Source: Octopus sinensis (Eukaryota). Taken from it: a DNA stretch of 64,000 nt. The stretch is taken from assembly GCF_006345805.1 (NCBI RefSeq), contig NC_043010.1:24676001-24740000 (forward strand), given 5' to 3'. This document shows, one piece after another, positions 38,339-51,019 of the stretch. A program made the position numbers and the translations under genes. Each line of letters opens with the position of its first letter. The stretch's first letter is position 1. A model generated the notes under the pieces. That model saw only the letters and a program-made list of their open reading frames with translations. It searched no databases and had not been told where the DNA came from.

Positions 38339-38380
38339 ACATTAATGACCCAGGTGAGCGCTCACCTGGGTCATTAATGT
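38339..38380. repeat. Perfect 42-bp palindrome at the 5' boundary of a PLE
   Basis: ACATTAATGACCCAGGTGAGC|GCTCACCTGGGTCATTAATGT. Confidence 0.95.
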
Positions 38381-38984
38381 AGAGAGTCCTAATAGCAATT
38401 TTAGCATCGTTTCCGGGAATAGCAGGTCCACGGATACTAGCAATTACAGCGCTCTCAGTGATAGGGAAGACACAGGGGTTGGTCCGTTAATTAATAATGA
38501 GGAATATAAAGTAGTAAGCGGCCGCAGTTCTCACAATCAATATAGTAACAGTAACGCAGTTTTAATATCAGAAGCTAATCCCAATAGAATAAGGTTCCTG
38601 TCGAGTAACTCCAAGATCAGAAATGCCATTTACCAATGCAAGATTTACACGGATTCAGATGTCTACTCGTATGTCGGGGCCTCATCGGCAAAATTGGCCT
38701 TGAGAATTTCGAACCATTTCGCAACTTTTCGCGACGCGAATAAATACCAAGCTACGGGACTTAGCAAGCTTATATGGCGTTTGAAGAACGCGAATTCAGC
38801 TTTTAGGCTGGAATGGTCGATTTTGTCGGTGGCCCTCCCATTTGATAGGGGCAGAAGGCGGTGCAATCTTTGTATCTCTGAGCTTTTCCACATATTGTTC
38901 GCCAGAGACCGGTTGGTAAATGGTCTTTTACAGTCGGCTTTTTCGATGTCCCCATTGGAGGCGTCATACATATCTTACATATAA
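38358..38984 (+). CDS. Stop-free frame: S/N-rich linker plus complete GIY-YIG domain, no upstream ATG
   Basis: Frame open from 38358 (after TGA at 38355) to 38984: NAIYQCKI..SYVGASS..LRISNHF..LSKLIWRLK..CNLCISELFHILFARDRLVN. Confidence 0.7.
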   Translation, partial: ALTWVINVESPNSNFSIVSGNSRSTDTSNYSALSDREDTGVGPLINNEEYKVVSGRSSHNQYSNSNAVLISEANPNRIRFLSSNSKIRNAIYQCKIYTDSDVYSYVGASSAKLALRISNHFATFRDANKYQATGLSKLIWRLKNANSAFRLEWSILSVALPFDRGRRRCNLCISELFHILFARDRLVNGLLQSAFSMSPLEASYISYI

Positions 38985-39858
38985 ATGATACCTAAGACAA
39001 TTAACACCTAGTTACCCTACTAAAATGAAAATAATCTTTGGAAATAATTTTTGAAAAGCTTTTTAAGATCTATTAATAACCCTGCAAGGGGAAATTACTC
39101 CCATTAGGCGTGGAACTATATGTGCCATTAGGATTCTTTGACGATGTTAAATTTTGACAAGCAGGCGAGTCGAACACACACGAACACAAAAAATTCTTTC
39201 AGCCGTTTGACTGGTTTTTTCAGCAGTGGGCATTTTGGTAGCCCCCCTCGCCAGCACACGACCACGCACACATAGGCCATCCACACAATACATGCTTATA
39301 GGAGGCTTTTGTCTCGCCCCCAAAAATACACCCAGTATTCTTAAATTTTTCAGACATTAGTGTTGGTCACACAGAGCATCCCCACACCCCTTGCTTCCAC
39401 CGACTAGATCTGACCCCGCCTGACCTGTAGATATCTTCAACGCACCCAATCCCCGATTTCAACGTACATTGATAAACAGTTCAGCCATGGGCTCCTAGGA
39501 GCATCTTCGTTCGAATTGCTGTGCCTCTGTTTTGTTTTGTGTCCTGTCAACGGAATTCCTGTTTTTTTCCTGAAGAGAAAGCCGCAATATGGTACCCTTA
39601 TTTAAACAGAATTTGGAAATTTGTGGCCTTCGAAACATGTGTAGAATGTAATAAAAGGTATTCTGTACTATCTTCGTTGAACTCCATTATTCCATTCACT
39701 AATAATTTAAACTTCAATTATCCGCTCCAACGCACGTTGCAACACCAAATGGTCTTATCTCCAACCGTGCTGTTTTCCGCTGTCATTTTTTCTACCCAGG
39801 TATCGGTTAAACCTTTGAATAATCTGTTACAGAAATTCATCTTTCTATTTCAACAAAT
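38379..39858 (+). mobile_element. Second, diverged GIY-YIG/HHR Penelope-like element lacking RT
   Basis: Homologous to 19.5-20.8 kb and to the left arm 18465-19437. The 3' end TTCATCTTTCTATTTCA runs into (TA)n. Confidence 0.85.
39563..39648 (+). ncRNA. Type I hammerhead ribozyme motif
   Basis: TTTTTC-CTGAAGA-GAAAGCCGCAA..TTGTGGCCTTC-GAAA-CATGTG-TA-GAA. Confidence 0.75.
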
Positions 39859-39872
39859 TATATATATATAAT

Positions 39873-39958
<86 letters not shown>

Positions 39959-40089
39959 ATATATATAATATAATTATTAATATAATATATATATATAATA
40001 TATAAATATATATATATATATAAATATATATATTATATAAATATATATATAATATATATGATAATTATATATATATATAAATATATATT

Positions 40090-40140
<51 letters not shown>

Positions 40141-40242
40141 ATAATATATATATATATAATAATATATATATAAAATATATATATATATATAGATATATAA
40201 TATATATATATAATAATATATATATAATATAATATATATATA

Positions 40243-40660
40243 ACATGATAAATATCAAAGTGAGTTATATACAGTAGCGGTAACACATCGTGACGTATAT
40301 TTTGCCATTTCAATATGGCTACCCCTAAGGGTGGATGCTACTGTAGTTTTTAGCCCCAGGAGGACACACTCCTCCAGCTGGCCATAGACACACTTTCTGT
40401 GTCCTGTCAGTATTTGCAAAGGGAAGTCATCCTTCCCGTCTTCAACTTATGATACACACGGACTCGAGTTTCGAGGTATTGACCTCTCGTCAGCGTGTGA
40501 CAATCATAGTTGTCCCGAGAATTAGATTTCCTTCACAAATACTTATACTTTTTCCAGCGTCCACTGTCGCTGATATTGAAAAAGTGAAATCAAACAATGA
40601 TAATATCAAAGTGAGTTATATACAGTAGCGGTAACACTGTTATATATACAGTAGCGGTAC
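40243..40660 (-). mobile_element. Retrozyme-like or pLTR-derived 351-bp unit with terminal redundancy, inside (TA)n
   Basis: ATATCAAAGTGAGTTATATACAGTAGCGGTAACAC repeats with period 351 bp (G at 40260 and 40611). One HHR inside, no ORF. Confidence 0.7.
40455..40499 (-). ncRNA. Intact minimal type I hammerhead ribozyme
   Basis: CACACG-CTGACGA-GAGG-TCAATA-CCTC-GAAA-CTCGAG-TC-CGTGTG. 6-bp stem I, 4-bp stem II, palindromic ACTCGAGT stem III, GUC triplet. Confidence 0.9.
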
Positions 40661-40707
40661 ATATATATATATAAAATATATATATATATATATTATATAT
40701 AATATAT

Positions 40708-40739
<32 letters not shown>

Positions 40740-40844
40740 ATATATTATATGTAAATATATATATATATGTAAATATATAATATATATATAAATATATATA
40801 TATATATTATATATAATATATATATATATATATACTCTTTTACT

Positions 40845-41189
40845 CTTTACTTGTTTCAGTCATTTGACTGCGGCCATGCTGGAGCACCACCTTTTAGTAC
40901 TTATTCTATCGGTCTCTTTTTGCCGAACCGCTAAGTGACGGGGACCTAAACACACCAGCATCGGTTGTCAAGCAATGCTAGGGGACAAACACAGACACAC
41001 AAACACACACAGATATACATATATATACATATATACGACAGGCTTCTTTCAGTTTCCGTCTACCAAATCCACTCCCAAGGCATTGGTCGCCCGGGGCTAT
41101 AGCAGAAGACACTTGCCCAAGATGCCACGCAGTGGGACTGAACCCGCAACCGTGTGGTTGGTTAGCAAGCTACTTACCACACAGCCACT

Positions 41190-41190
<1 letters not shown>
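40845..41190 (-). mobile_element. SINE family A
   Basis: Complete head to tail on the minus strand. Confidence 0.9.
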
Positions 41191-41225
<35 letters not shown>

Positions 41226-41526
41226 TATATATATATAATATATAATAATATATATATATAATATATTATATATTCTAAAATATATATATATATATATATT
41301 ATATAAATATATATATATATATATATAATATATATAATATATATATAAATATATATATAAATATATATATATATAATATATATATATAAATATATATTAT
41401 ATAAATTATATATATAAATATATATATATATAAATATAATTAATATATATATATAAATTAATATATAATATATATATAATATATATATAAATATATATAT
41501 ATATTATATATAATAAAATATATATA

Positions 41527-41561
<35 letters not shown>

Positions 41562-41569
41562 AATATATA

Positions 41570-41601
<32 letters not shown>

Positions 41602-41759
41602 ATAATATATATAATATAAATATATATATAAATATATATATTATATAAATATATATATATAAATATATAATATATATATATATATAAATATATATATATA
41701 AATATATATAAAATATATATATAATATATATATAAATATATATATATATATACAATATA

Positions 41760-41830
<71 letters not shown>

Positions 41831-41855
41831 AATATATATAATATCTATAAATAAT

Positions 41856-41933
<78 letters not shown>

Positions 41934-41966
41934 ATAATATATATATTAAATATATATATATTATAG

Positions 41967-42027
<61 letters not shown>

Positions 42028-42067
42028 ATATATATATATTATATATATATATATAATATAAATATAT

Positions 42068-42145
<78 letters not shown>

Positions 42146-42149
42146 TATA

Positions 42150-42182
<33 letters not shown>

Positions 42183-42258
42183 AATATATATAATATATAT
42201 ATATATAATATATATATATTATATATATATAAAATATATATATATATATATATATATA

Positions 42259-42305
<47 letters not shown>

Positions 42306-42343
42306 TATATATATATATATATATAATATAAATATATATATAG

Positions 42344-42375
<32 letters not shown>

Positions 42376-42408
42376 TAGATTATATATATATATATATAAA
42401 ATATATAT

Positions 42409-42441
<33 letters not shown>

Positions 42442-42609
42442 ATTAAATATATATAGATATATATATATATATATAATATATAGATATATATATATAATAA
42501 TATATATATATAATATATATATATATAGATATATATATATAAATATATATTATATAAATATAATATACATATATATATATCATAATATATATAGAGATAT
42601 ATATTATAT

Positions 42610-42655
<46 letters not shown>

Positions 42656-42673
42656 TAAATATATATATATATA

Positions 42674-42717
<44 letters not shown>

Positions 42718-42727
42718 TATTATATAT

Positions 42728-42776
<49 letters not shown>

Positions 42777-42790
42777 ATATATATATATAT
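41190..42790. repeat. ~1.6-kb imperfect (TA)n array
   Basis: Direct inspection; the irregularity resembles long-read consensus noise. Confidence 0.95.
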
Positions 42791-42984
42791 AAGAAGAGAA
42801 GTTTCCGTCCGCCTATCAAATCCACTCACAAGGCTTCGGGCGGCCCGAGGCTATAGTAGAAGACACCCAAGTTGCCACGCAGTGGAACTGAGTCCGGAAC
42901 CATGTTGTTGGGAAGCAAGTTACTTACCACACATCCCCTCCTGCGTCTGTATGCACACACATAATTACATACATACATACATAC

Positions 42985-43450
42985 ATATGTTAACATGAAG
43001 CTGAAGATGAGTGTAAAAGAGAATACCTACGCCGAACTATTGAGAAATCTGCAGTTACCCTATCCAGGTTACAAGTTCAGATTTATACCTGTAATCATTG
43101 GGGTCCTGGGATATGTAACACACTGCATCAATACCAGTCTTGAGAAATTAGGCTTCTCAAAACCAGAAAGGAGAAAGCTAATTCAAACACAACAGATCCA
43201 ATCCATCACTGGAACTGTAAAAATCTGTAAAACTTTCAAGAAGTTTATCATTTAAGTGTATATGAGCACGTCTAGATATGCAACTATATGCATGAGAAGA
43301 CATACATAAAGCAGAAAATATACAAATCTGCATGAATCCATTAATACATACAAAAATACACTGTGTATGCTGAAATTCCAATGAAGGGGCTTTTGATCTA
43401 GGTTAGAAACCGATTCTTTCTCTATTGGCAATAAATCTTGAAATAAAACT
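42985..43450 (+). mobile_element. REL-type LINE 3' end
   Basis: VKENTYAELLRNLQLPYPGYKFRFIPVIIGVLGYV..SITGTVKICKTF, with a 3' UTR shared with 17060-17290. Confidence 0.75.
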
Positions 43451-43916
43451 AAATAATGATATACATACATATTGTAATGTTAATAAAACCAAAAAGAAAC
43501 AATGCATAAGTGAAGAGTTTTTGCAAATGTTGTATTTGCTTTTAAGCTCAAAAGAAGTAAGGGAAACAACCTTCATGCTTTGGACATTTGCTCATTATCA
43601 AAAGAAAAGCGTAGGAGGAGTCAGAAAGATGGGAAATGGTTGAGAAGGTACAATAAGAACGAGGGTTTAGGGACAAATGAAGAGAAAAGAAAGGAAAAGG
43701 AAAGAATAGAAAAATAAAGAAGGAAAAATGAAAGAAGCGAAGGATGTCGGGAGATTAAGAGCAGCATTAAGAATATATTGTATAAATGTAAAGAACACAA
43801 ATATAAAGAATAAAAATAAGATAGCAAAGACAAGTTTTAACAATTGTTGCTTTAGTTCAACACTTAAAAGAAAGAAGATAAAAATCTTAGTTTCAGACAT
43901 AATATATACATTGGGA

Positions 43917-44325
43917 AGGCGGCGAGCTGGCAGAAACGTTACCACGCCGAGCAAAATGCGTAGCCGTATTTCGTCTGCCGTTATGTTCTGAGTTCAAATT
44001 TCGCCGAGGTCGACTTTGCCTTTCATCCTTTCGGGGTCGATAAATTAAGTATCACTTGCGTACTGGGGTCAATGTAATCGACTTAATCCGTTTGTCTGTC
44101 CTTGTTTGTCCCCTCTGTGTGTAGCCCCTTGTGGGCAGTAAAGAAATAGGTATTTCGTCCGTCATTACGTTCTGGGTTCAAATTCCGCCGAGATCGACTT
44201 TGCCTTTCATCCTTTCGGGGTCGATAAATTAAGTATCACTTGCGTACTGGGGTCGATCTAATCAACCGGCCCCCCCTCTCCCAAAATTTCGGGCCTTGTG
44301 TCTAGAGTAGAAAGGATTATATATA
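43917..44325 (+). mobile_element. SINE family B dimer
   Basis: Junction AAAGAAATAGG|TATTTCGTC at 44150/44151. Confidence 0.9.
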
Positions 44326-44950
44326 CATTAGGTTGACAAAAATGTTTGTCCGCTTATTTAAGCGAATTAGGTTTTAACTAATCATTCAATCATTTGTATA
44401 TTTACCGCTCGATCCCAGTATATTTTGCCATCACGTTGGCAGATCCATTATTTCCAACTTAAAGAATTTCATGTCTTTAATGTGGAAAAAATCGTTCAGA
44501 TATTTTTTTTTCATTCTCTTAAGAGTTGAAGGTTTGTTCATTCAATGAATTCTAAAAGGACTGAAACAAGTAGAAATCTGAAAGCACAAGGTGGGGCAAA
44601 TATGGGAGGTATGGAAATACTTCCCGGCCAAGCTCCAGTAACGCCTGCTGCATCTGCAAAGAATTGTGTAGTCTGGCATCGTCGAGATGAAAAACAATGC
44701 AATTACGATCAGCAATTGATGAAAGTTTCTGGTGGATGACTGCGTTTCGTTTCTCCAACTGGCATCTGAATTGATGGCCTTCTTCGTGGAAAGAAGCTTG
44801 TAAAACACAACACCCTTCCAATCTCACTAAATTGAAAGCATAACATTTCTGGGGTGAAGTACTGCTTTGGGGGTTGTTTGTGATGGTTTGCTGCACTTCT
44901 TCCCCTCCCCCGTGGTTGTTTGCTCTTCATATTGTTAATAGACGATCCGT
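44326..44950 (-). mobile_element. Mariner fragment with TIR
   Basis: IVFHLDDARLHNS..LLELGREVFPYLPYLPHLVLSDFYLFQS. End ATTAGGTTGACAAAAATG. Confidence 0.75.
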
Positions 44951-45255
44951 TCTGGTCCACTTGCACCATTCTATTAAAAACAAATTGATAGCTTTTCTAG
45001 CTTTTCTGTACGTATGTACATACAGATAGATAGATATATAGATAGGTAGAGAGAGAGGAGGAGGAAGATAAAGAGGGAGAAAAGGAGAGAGAGAGAGATC
45101 ATTCTTACAAGACATGTTCTTTCTCCCCTTCAAATAAATGTACATCGTCTTAAATTTAAGAATCCTTCATTTCTCTTTTTCAGTTTTTTCTTTCTTTTTT
45201 CTTTTTTTTTTTTTTGCTAACGGGAGCATGCAACAGTTGTACGTATGAATATATT

Positions 45256-45306
<51 letters not shown>

Positions 45307-45484
45307 GAGTGAGTGAGAGAGAGAGAAAAAGAGAGTGAGAGAGAGAAAGTAGCTGAAGTGCTTCCTTTGAGTTCTGAGTTCAAATCCCTACCAAGTTAAC
45401 TTTTCCATCCTAAGACTCACCACCAAATATAACACCATCCTAGCAAAGTTGTTAACCTAATCGAAAAACTGCCTCATACACATA

Positions 45485-45517
<33 letters not shown>

Positions 45518-46048
45518 TTATACATACTTTCCCATACACATTTATACATACACCCACACAGATACACAGCCCAGCACATACATTCATCCGCACATATTTG
45601 TGGTTATTGTGTTAAGAATCATACATAAAACTGACATTTTATTTGGGCGTCTTTAAAATGAACCTCAGACAATTATTTTGAAGCCGATTTGACAATATTC
45701 ACAAATCCACCCACCCATTACTGCACAAATATGTACCTGAGTTAGAAATTGTTATTACTTATTCTCATTATCATCGGGTGTGTCCTCGCTGGAGTGATCC
45801 TGTGAAAGTTTTCATTCTGAACTGAGCTATATAACTATGCAGACAATATCTAATAACAAAAGACAAACCACAACAGCTTCATTTAACGGGCACTCAATAA
45901 ACCCGAAGCAACTCTCTATCATAGACAAACATCTACCGCAAAATATTTATTGTTTTCTATTATCATTATTGTTGTTGGGTTTCGTTTTATTTTTTGTTGC
46001 TATTATTACTGTTGTTTAATAAGGTTGAGTCTTGATCACGTAGATCTA

Positions 46049-46664
46049 CAAGGGTTGGACAAAATAATGGAAACACCTTAAAATTTCAAGCAAATTTATC
46101 TTAAAATGGGGTAGGACCGCTTTGGCAGTAATTACAGCTTGAATTCTTCGAGTCACCAACATATCGTACAATGTTTGAATTGTTTCCAAAGGAATTTTTG
46201 TCCACTCTTCAGCTAAAACAGTCTTCAGTTCTTGTAGTGATGATGGTGGAGGATATCGACTCCTTTCTTGTTTTTCTAAAATACATCATAAACGTTCAAT
46301 AATATGGAGATCTGGGGGCTGTGGGGCGCCAGATATGATGTTTAACTTCACAAGAATGTTCCTCGTACCATTCAGTAACAAATTTAGCTGTGTGAATTGG
46401 TGCATTATCATCCTGAAAGATTACGTTTCCCTCCGGAAACAGTTCCGCAACAGTAGGATACGAGAATCAACAATTTGACCTCTTTGAAAGTCCGATAGAT
46501 CTGTCATTTTAATGAATTTTAATTACCTTTTTCTGATGATATCTGAAAAGAAACAGCAATTTTAGCAAAACGTTAGCAACACTAATAATAAATCAAAAAA
46601 CATTAAAATAAACCTGCTTGTGACGGTTTTATAGTTATTTCAGAATTATGATGTCCAACCCCTG
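46049..46664 (-). mobile_element. Internally deleted Tc1 with both TIRs and TA target duplication
   Basis: TA-CAAGGGTTGGACAAAATAAT..ATTATGATGTCCAACCCCTG-TA. FQDDNAPIHTAKFVTEWYEEH..EEWTKIPLETIQ. Confidence 0.85.
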
Positions 46665-47499
46665 TATGATAAAAGGCGCTCTCAATAAGTCCTTTTCATC
46701 TTTTGTTCAAAAATATTTCGTTAACGATTATATTTTAAAATGCACCGAAGTTGACTGTACTTTTTATTCTTTTCGGGGTCGATAAAATAAGTATCAGCTG
46801 AGCACCGGGGTCGATGTGATCGACTTACCTTTGACAATATGTTGGTGACATTCATCTAAATTCAAATTTGCATCAAAGGAGACTGGTTTGAAATAGACTG
46901 CCGTGATATATTCTCAGATCATTTAACACAACGTTAAACATAAAAGAAAAATAAATTGGAGAGTGTAGACGTCGATACTCTTAAATATGGTCGTATGGTC
47001 GTTGTTGAGTTGGTTTTGATCATTGGCTTACTCAGTAAAGATTGACCTGGGGCTAAACAAGAACAACAAAATTAATTAAACATGGGCGTTGCCGAGAGAC
47101 AACTCCCGGAGCAACATCAATTAAGCCAAGTCAAAATAATCCTAAGAGAAATTGTAAATTGTAAAATATGTATTCGTGCGTGCGAAATTAAGTCCGTTAT
47201 GACAATAAACAGCACTTTTATTTCTATAGCTAACGACGCGCAAAAACAAAGAAACTCACGCGTCCTGCTGTCCGATCTCTACATTAATAGTCCATTGTCA
47301 TGTTTTACACATTTATTGCACAAGTCTGCATTTTTAAATGAATTTTGCACAAATGGCTGCCAAAAATATAATGATTCTTCTTGTTATTCATTCCCTTTTG
47401 TGACAGATTTTTAAATAAAGTATGAAGAAATTAAGGACAAATACCTAGAACAATAATATAAAAGATATGAATAATGTATGTAGGCCCACATATTGACTA

Positions 47500-49770
47500 A
47501 ATATATATTTTTAATGCACTTACCATGGTTTTAAAGTAGTTTTACTCCTCTTCAAGCCTCCTTTTCTTTAATTTCCTTCCAGCTTTTGATAGATGCTTGC
47601 AGTCTCTCTTTAGGGCCCAGCAGTAATCCGCCATCCTTCCACCTTCCCTGGTACCTCCGCTCCATTTCTTTAATGTCCAGATGAAATCTCTCACTTTCAT
47701 TTAGATTGGCATGGTTCTTCGGGAAATAGTCGAGGTGTGAATGAAGAAAGTACATTTTAGCATTCATGTTACACCCAAGCTTTTTGAAGTTTTGCAACAT
47801 GGTATCACCTATGACTTTGTAATTTGAATACTTATTGTTTCCCAAAATGTTCTCGATAACATACTTGAAGCTCACCCATTTCTGTTTTTGAGATTCATTC
47901 ATGGACTTCTCATAATCTGGGTCTTTCATTAGTTTACAAATGCCAGGACCAAAAAATATTCCTGTTTTAATTTTCTCATTGGTTATATTTGGGGATTTTT
48001 TTTTAGAGAGAGAGAGAGAGAGACTGCAAACATGGTCCGTCTGCAGGCAAAGATTTAACGAACTGTTTTATCAAACCCAGTTTGATGTGCAAAGATGGTA
48101 GCAGTACTTTTGTAGGTTCAATCAAAGGCTCGTGCAAAATGTTTTTGGATCCAGGTAACAAACTTTTCCTTTGTGGCCAGTTTTTAACCATTCAGTACTT
48201 CTCTTTAGCTCTGCTGTCCCATTCCCATAAGAAACATGGTAGCCTGACCACTGGCCTAGAAGCAAGCTTATAATTTTGTAATCTCCACACATTCGCCAGT
48301 AGTATTCTGCATACTTTATATTTAACAAAAGTGTTTTTGCATTTTCATACGTCTCCTTTAGTTGTACAGAATGTGTCTCTGGAATGGATGACTTCTCATT
48401 CCATTGTGTGGCAAGACAGTCTTCAGCCTCCTTTTGGAGGAATCAATGAATAGCCTCCATTCTGAGAGATTGTTTTTGATCAACAAACAGTTTAGCGGGT
48501 TTAGAATATTATAGCAAAACACCATTGATTCATCCTCAACAAAGAATGGTAACAACTCGTGTTCCCTGTGACGATACCAAGAGAAGAAAGTTCCCGATAA
48601 CAAAAGCTTTTTCACTTTAAACTTAGAACCGAGAAATTCCCCTACGTCCTTTGGTAGGTTCAAATCTCTCGCCAGATTATTGAGCTCTTCCTGTGTAAAT
48701 AACTGCAGACTTCCGATTTCATCAGGAGTGTAGTCATCATCTTCCTCACATTTGTCTTCTTCATCACTATCTGATGTAACATTCTCTGAAATAAGGAGAG
48801 AGGAACAACTGGAATAGAATGTATCTAAGAATATCTGAAGAAGGAATATTATTCCGAAATATCATATCAGACAATGGATAACTAAATTACAGCAAGTATA
48901 TAGCCCATTGCCTAGATTATAGTGCATTGTTGTACCAGTCAAAACTTTTTATTCTTTACAAACAATACACAATGCTTCAAGCGAACTACAATACTCTTCT
49001 ATCTTATGTGTATTTTTTGCACTGTACCCATCAACTTTAGTAATGCAGAAATAACAATTGTCTGTGTGGTTACTCGGCTCTCCCCACACTGTGGTATTCC
49101 AAAAGGCGTTTCTTTTTTCTTACCGGCTTTCCAGAGTCTCAATCCCTTCACACAGGTGCGATAAATTTTGTTTGGAGCCCAAGGTGTTTTCATCACCGAG
49201 TTTAATACCAAAATAAGAGAATTACAGAGTTGTTACAAGATCAGTTATATTTTGTATCTGCTTAATGACAACATACCTGCCACAAATGTAGCAGGATACG
49301 TCTGGATTGTTCACGCGCTTACGCTTATATGCACCCATTTTAAATGGGGGTTATAAGTAACTATCACCAACGACTGACCTCTGGAATTACTAAAACAACA
49401 CTAAAACATCACTTAGCAATCGTGTACCCAGCTTTTCAATGTCACGTGGTTTGTTAGAGTTGCCAACGACTGTTTAATAAATTTTATGCTGGCTGTTATT
49501 TTATTTTTGCTAATATTAAGTCAGTATTGGTTTATAGCAATCTATTTATCTATTTTGTTGAGCAAAATAAATCAGTTAATCACTGTCATTAGGTTCCCTG
49601 ATACTATAATACTAAAACAAAATGCTTTATTACAGAAAAAAAACTAATCGGGGTGGAGAAAAATTAATTACAGATCTGAAATCCGTGTAAAAAATTGCTT
49701 TAAAAAGTTACGTTGACATTCAAACATAGAAAATCATGCAAACATATAAAGAGAATTTTTCTCTCGGGTC
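47500..49770 (-). mobile_element. Chapaev3 (CMC superfamily) transposon, degraded; ends approximate
   Basis: PWAPNKI..PFGIP, WRLFIDSSKRRLK, LHIKLGLIKQFVK, GCNMNAKMYFLHSHLDYFP..ERFHLDIKEMERRYQGRW. Confidence 0.85.
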
Positions 49771-50569
49771 AATTTCTGCAACGCATGTATTTCCATGTCC
49801 GAGTATACACGAACATGTTGAATATGACTGTGCTTACGTATGTTTTGTGTACCCTCTTAAAGAATAAACCGCAAGAGCTATTAATCAATGTTATATGATT
49901 TTCTAAATTCATTTTAATGGTTTTTGTCTCCACAACCCCTCCAAGACCGATGACATCGAAGCAATTAATGTTCCATTTTAAGTTTCAATCCGACATTTGC
50001 AAGAAAACATGTATAGCTAGAGAATTTCAGAGGCAAGATATTCTGGAAAGAAAACACTAGGCTTAGTGGTTATTGATGGCCCGGAGAGGATAGATCATAG
50101 ATGACGATAAGTGAGTCGTGAATGCCGGGGTGATGACGACATAAACAGAAGAAACCTTTGAAGTATAAACACGATTTCTGCTCTTGCAGTGGTGTGTACA
50201 TTTCTAAAGGATTAGTTTATCGAACTATGATAACAGTGAAACAAAAGGTTACATAGACTTCACTGAAAATCCATTTAATATCTATTCGCACAACATCAAC
50301 CGAGAGAAAAGCCTTACTACTTCACTATCGAAGTAAATCTAAAATCTAAATGATGAAAATATTAACAATCATGAAATCATTTGTTCTGTTGTATATTACA
50401 CGCATCTCCCGGCATCAATGATTTAAGAAGTTGCTTTTTACCATTTTAAATAATAGAACTCAGCTGACAATTTCTTGATGACTTTTTATTGCAATTTACA
50501 AATTTCCGATTGTGAAATATCCGGTACACTTAATGGAGTAGCTACACCCTCAAATATGATCCTATAGGA

Positions 50570-50860
50570 TCATATTTGAGGGTGTAGCATATTTGAGGGT
50601 AATGTACACTTGGAAAGAGGTATCATCACTCATGTCGATACCCAGGTCCCTCGTTGATTTAGGCTTTGGGATTGAAATTCCCTGTGGACCGGTGTACCCT
50701 GTAAGTTTCATATTCAGTTTTGGACGTTGGTGGCTCAGGGCTTGGAATTTTCCAGCATTAATCTGCATATCATTATTCTTAGCCCATCTGTAAATTGAGA
50801 CCAACTCCTGCTGCAGATGTGCAACATCGCTGTGGTTCTCTTTTTTCTGCGAGACTTTCG
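50570..50860 (-). mobile_element. CR1-group LINE RT fragment, related to the 34.8-36.5 kb family
   Basis: LQQELVSIYRWAKNNDMQINAGKFQAL..TGPQGISIP..RDLGIDMSDD. Confidence 0.8.
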
Positions 50861-50962
50861 TATATATATGAATATATATATTGCAAATAAGAAAATGGAG
50901 AAGCACAATAGTTGGTTCATCAACTTTAGGACATTAAAATGTTAACTTATTTATTAAAATAT

Positions 50963-51019
<57 letters not shown>

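Noticed and set aside
41190-42790. Higher-order pattern in the long irregular (TA)n arrays
   Set aside because: The interruptions look like random indel noise of long-read consensus, and no period was detectable.
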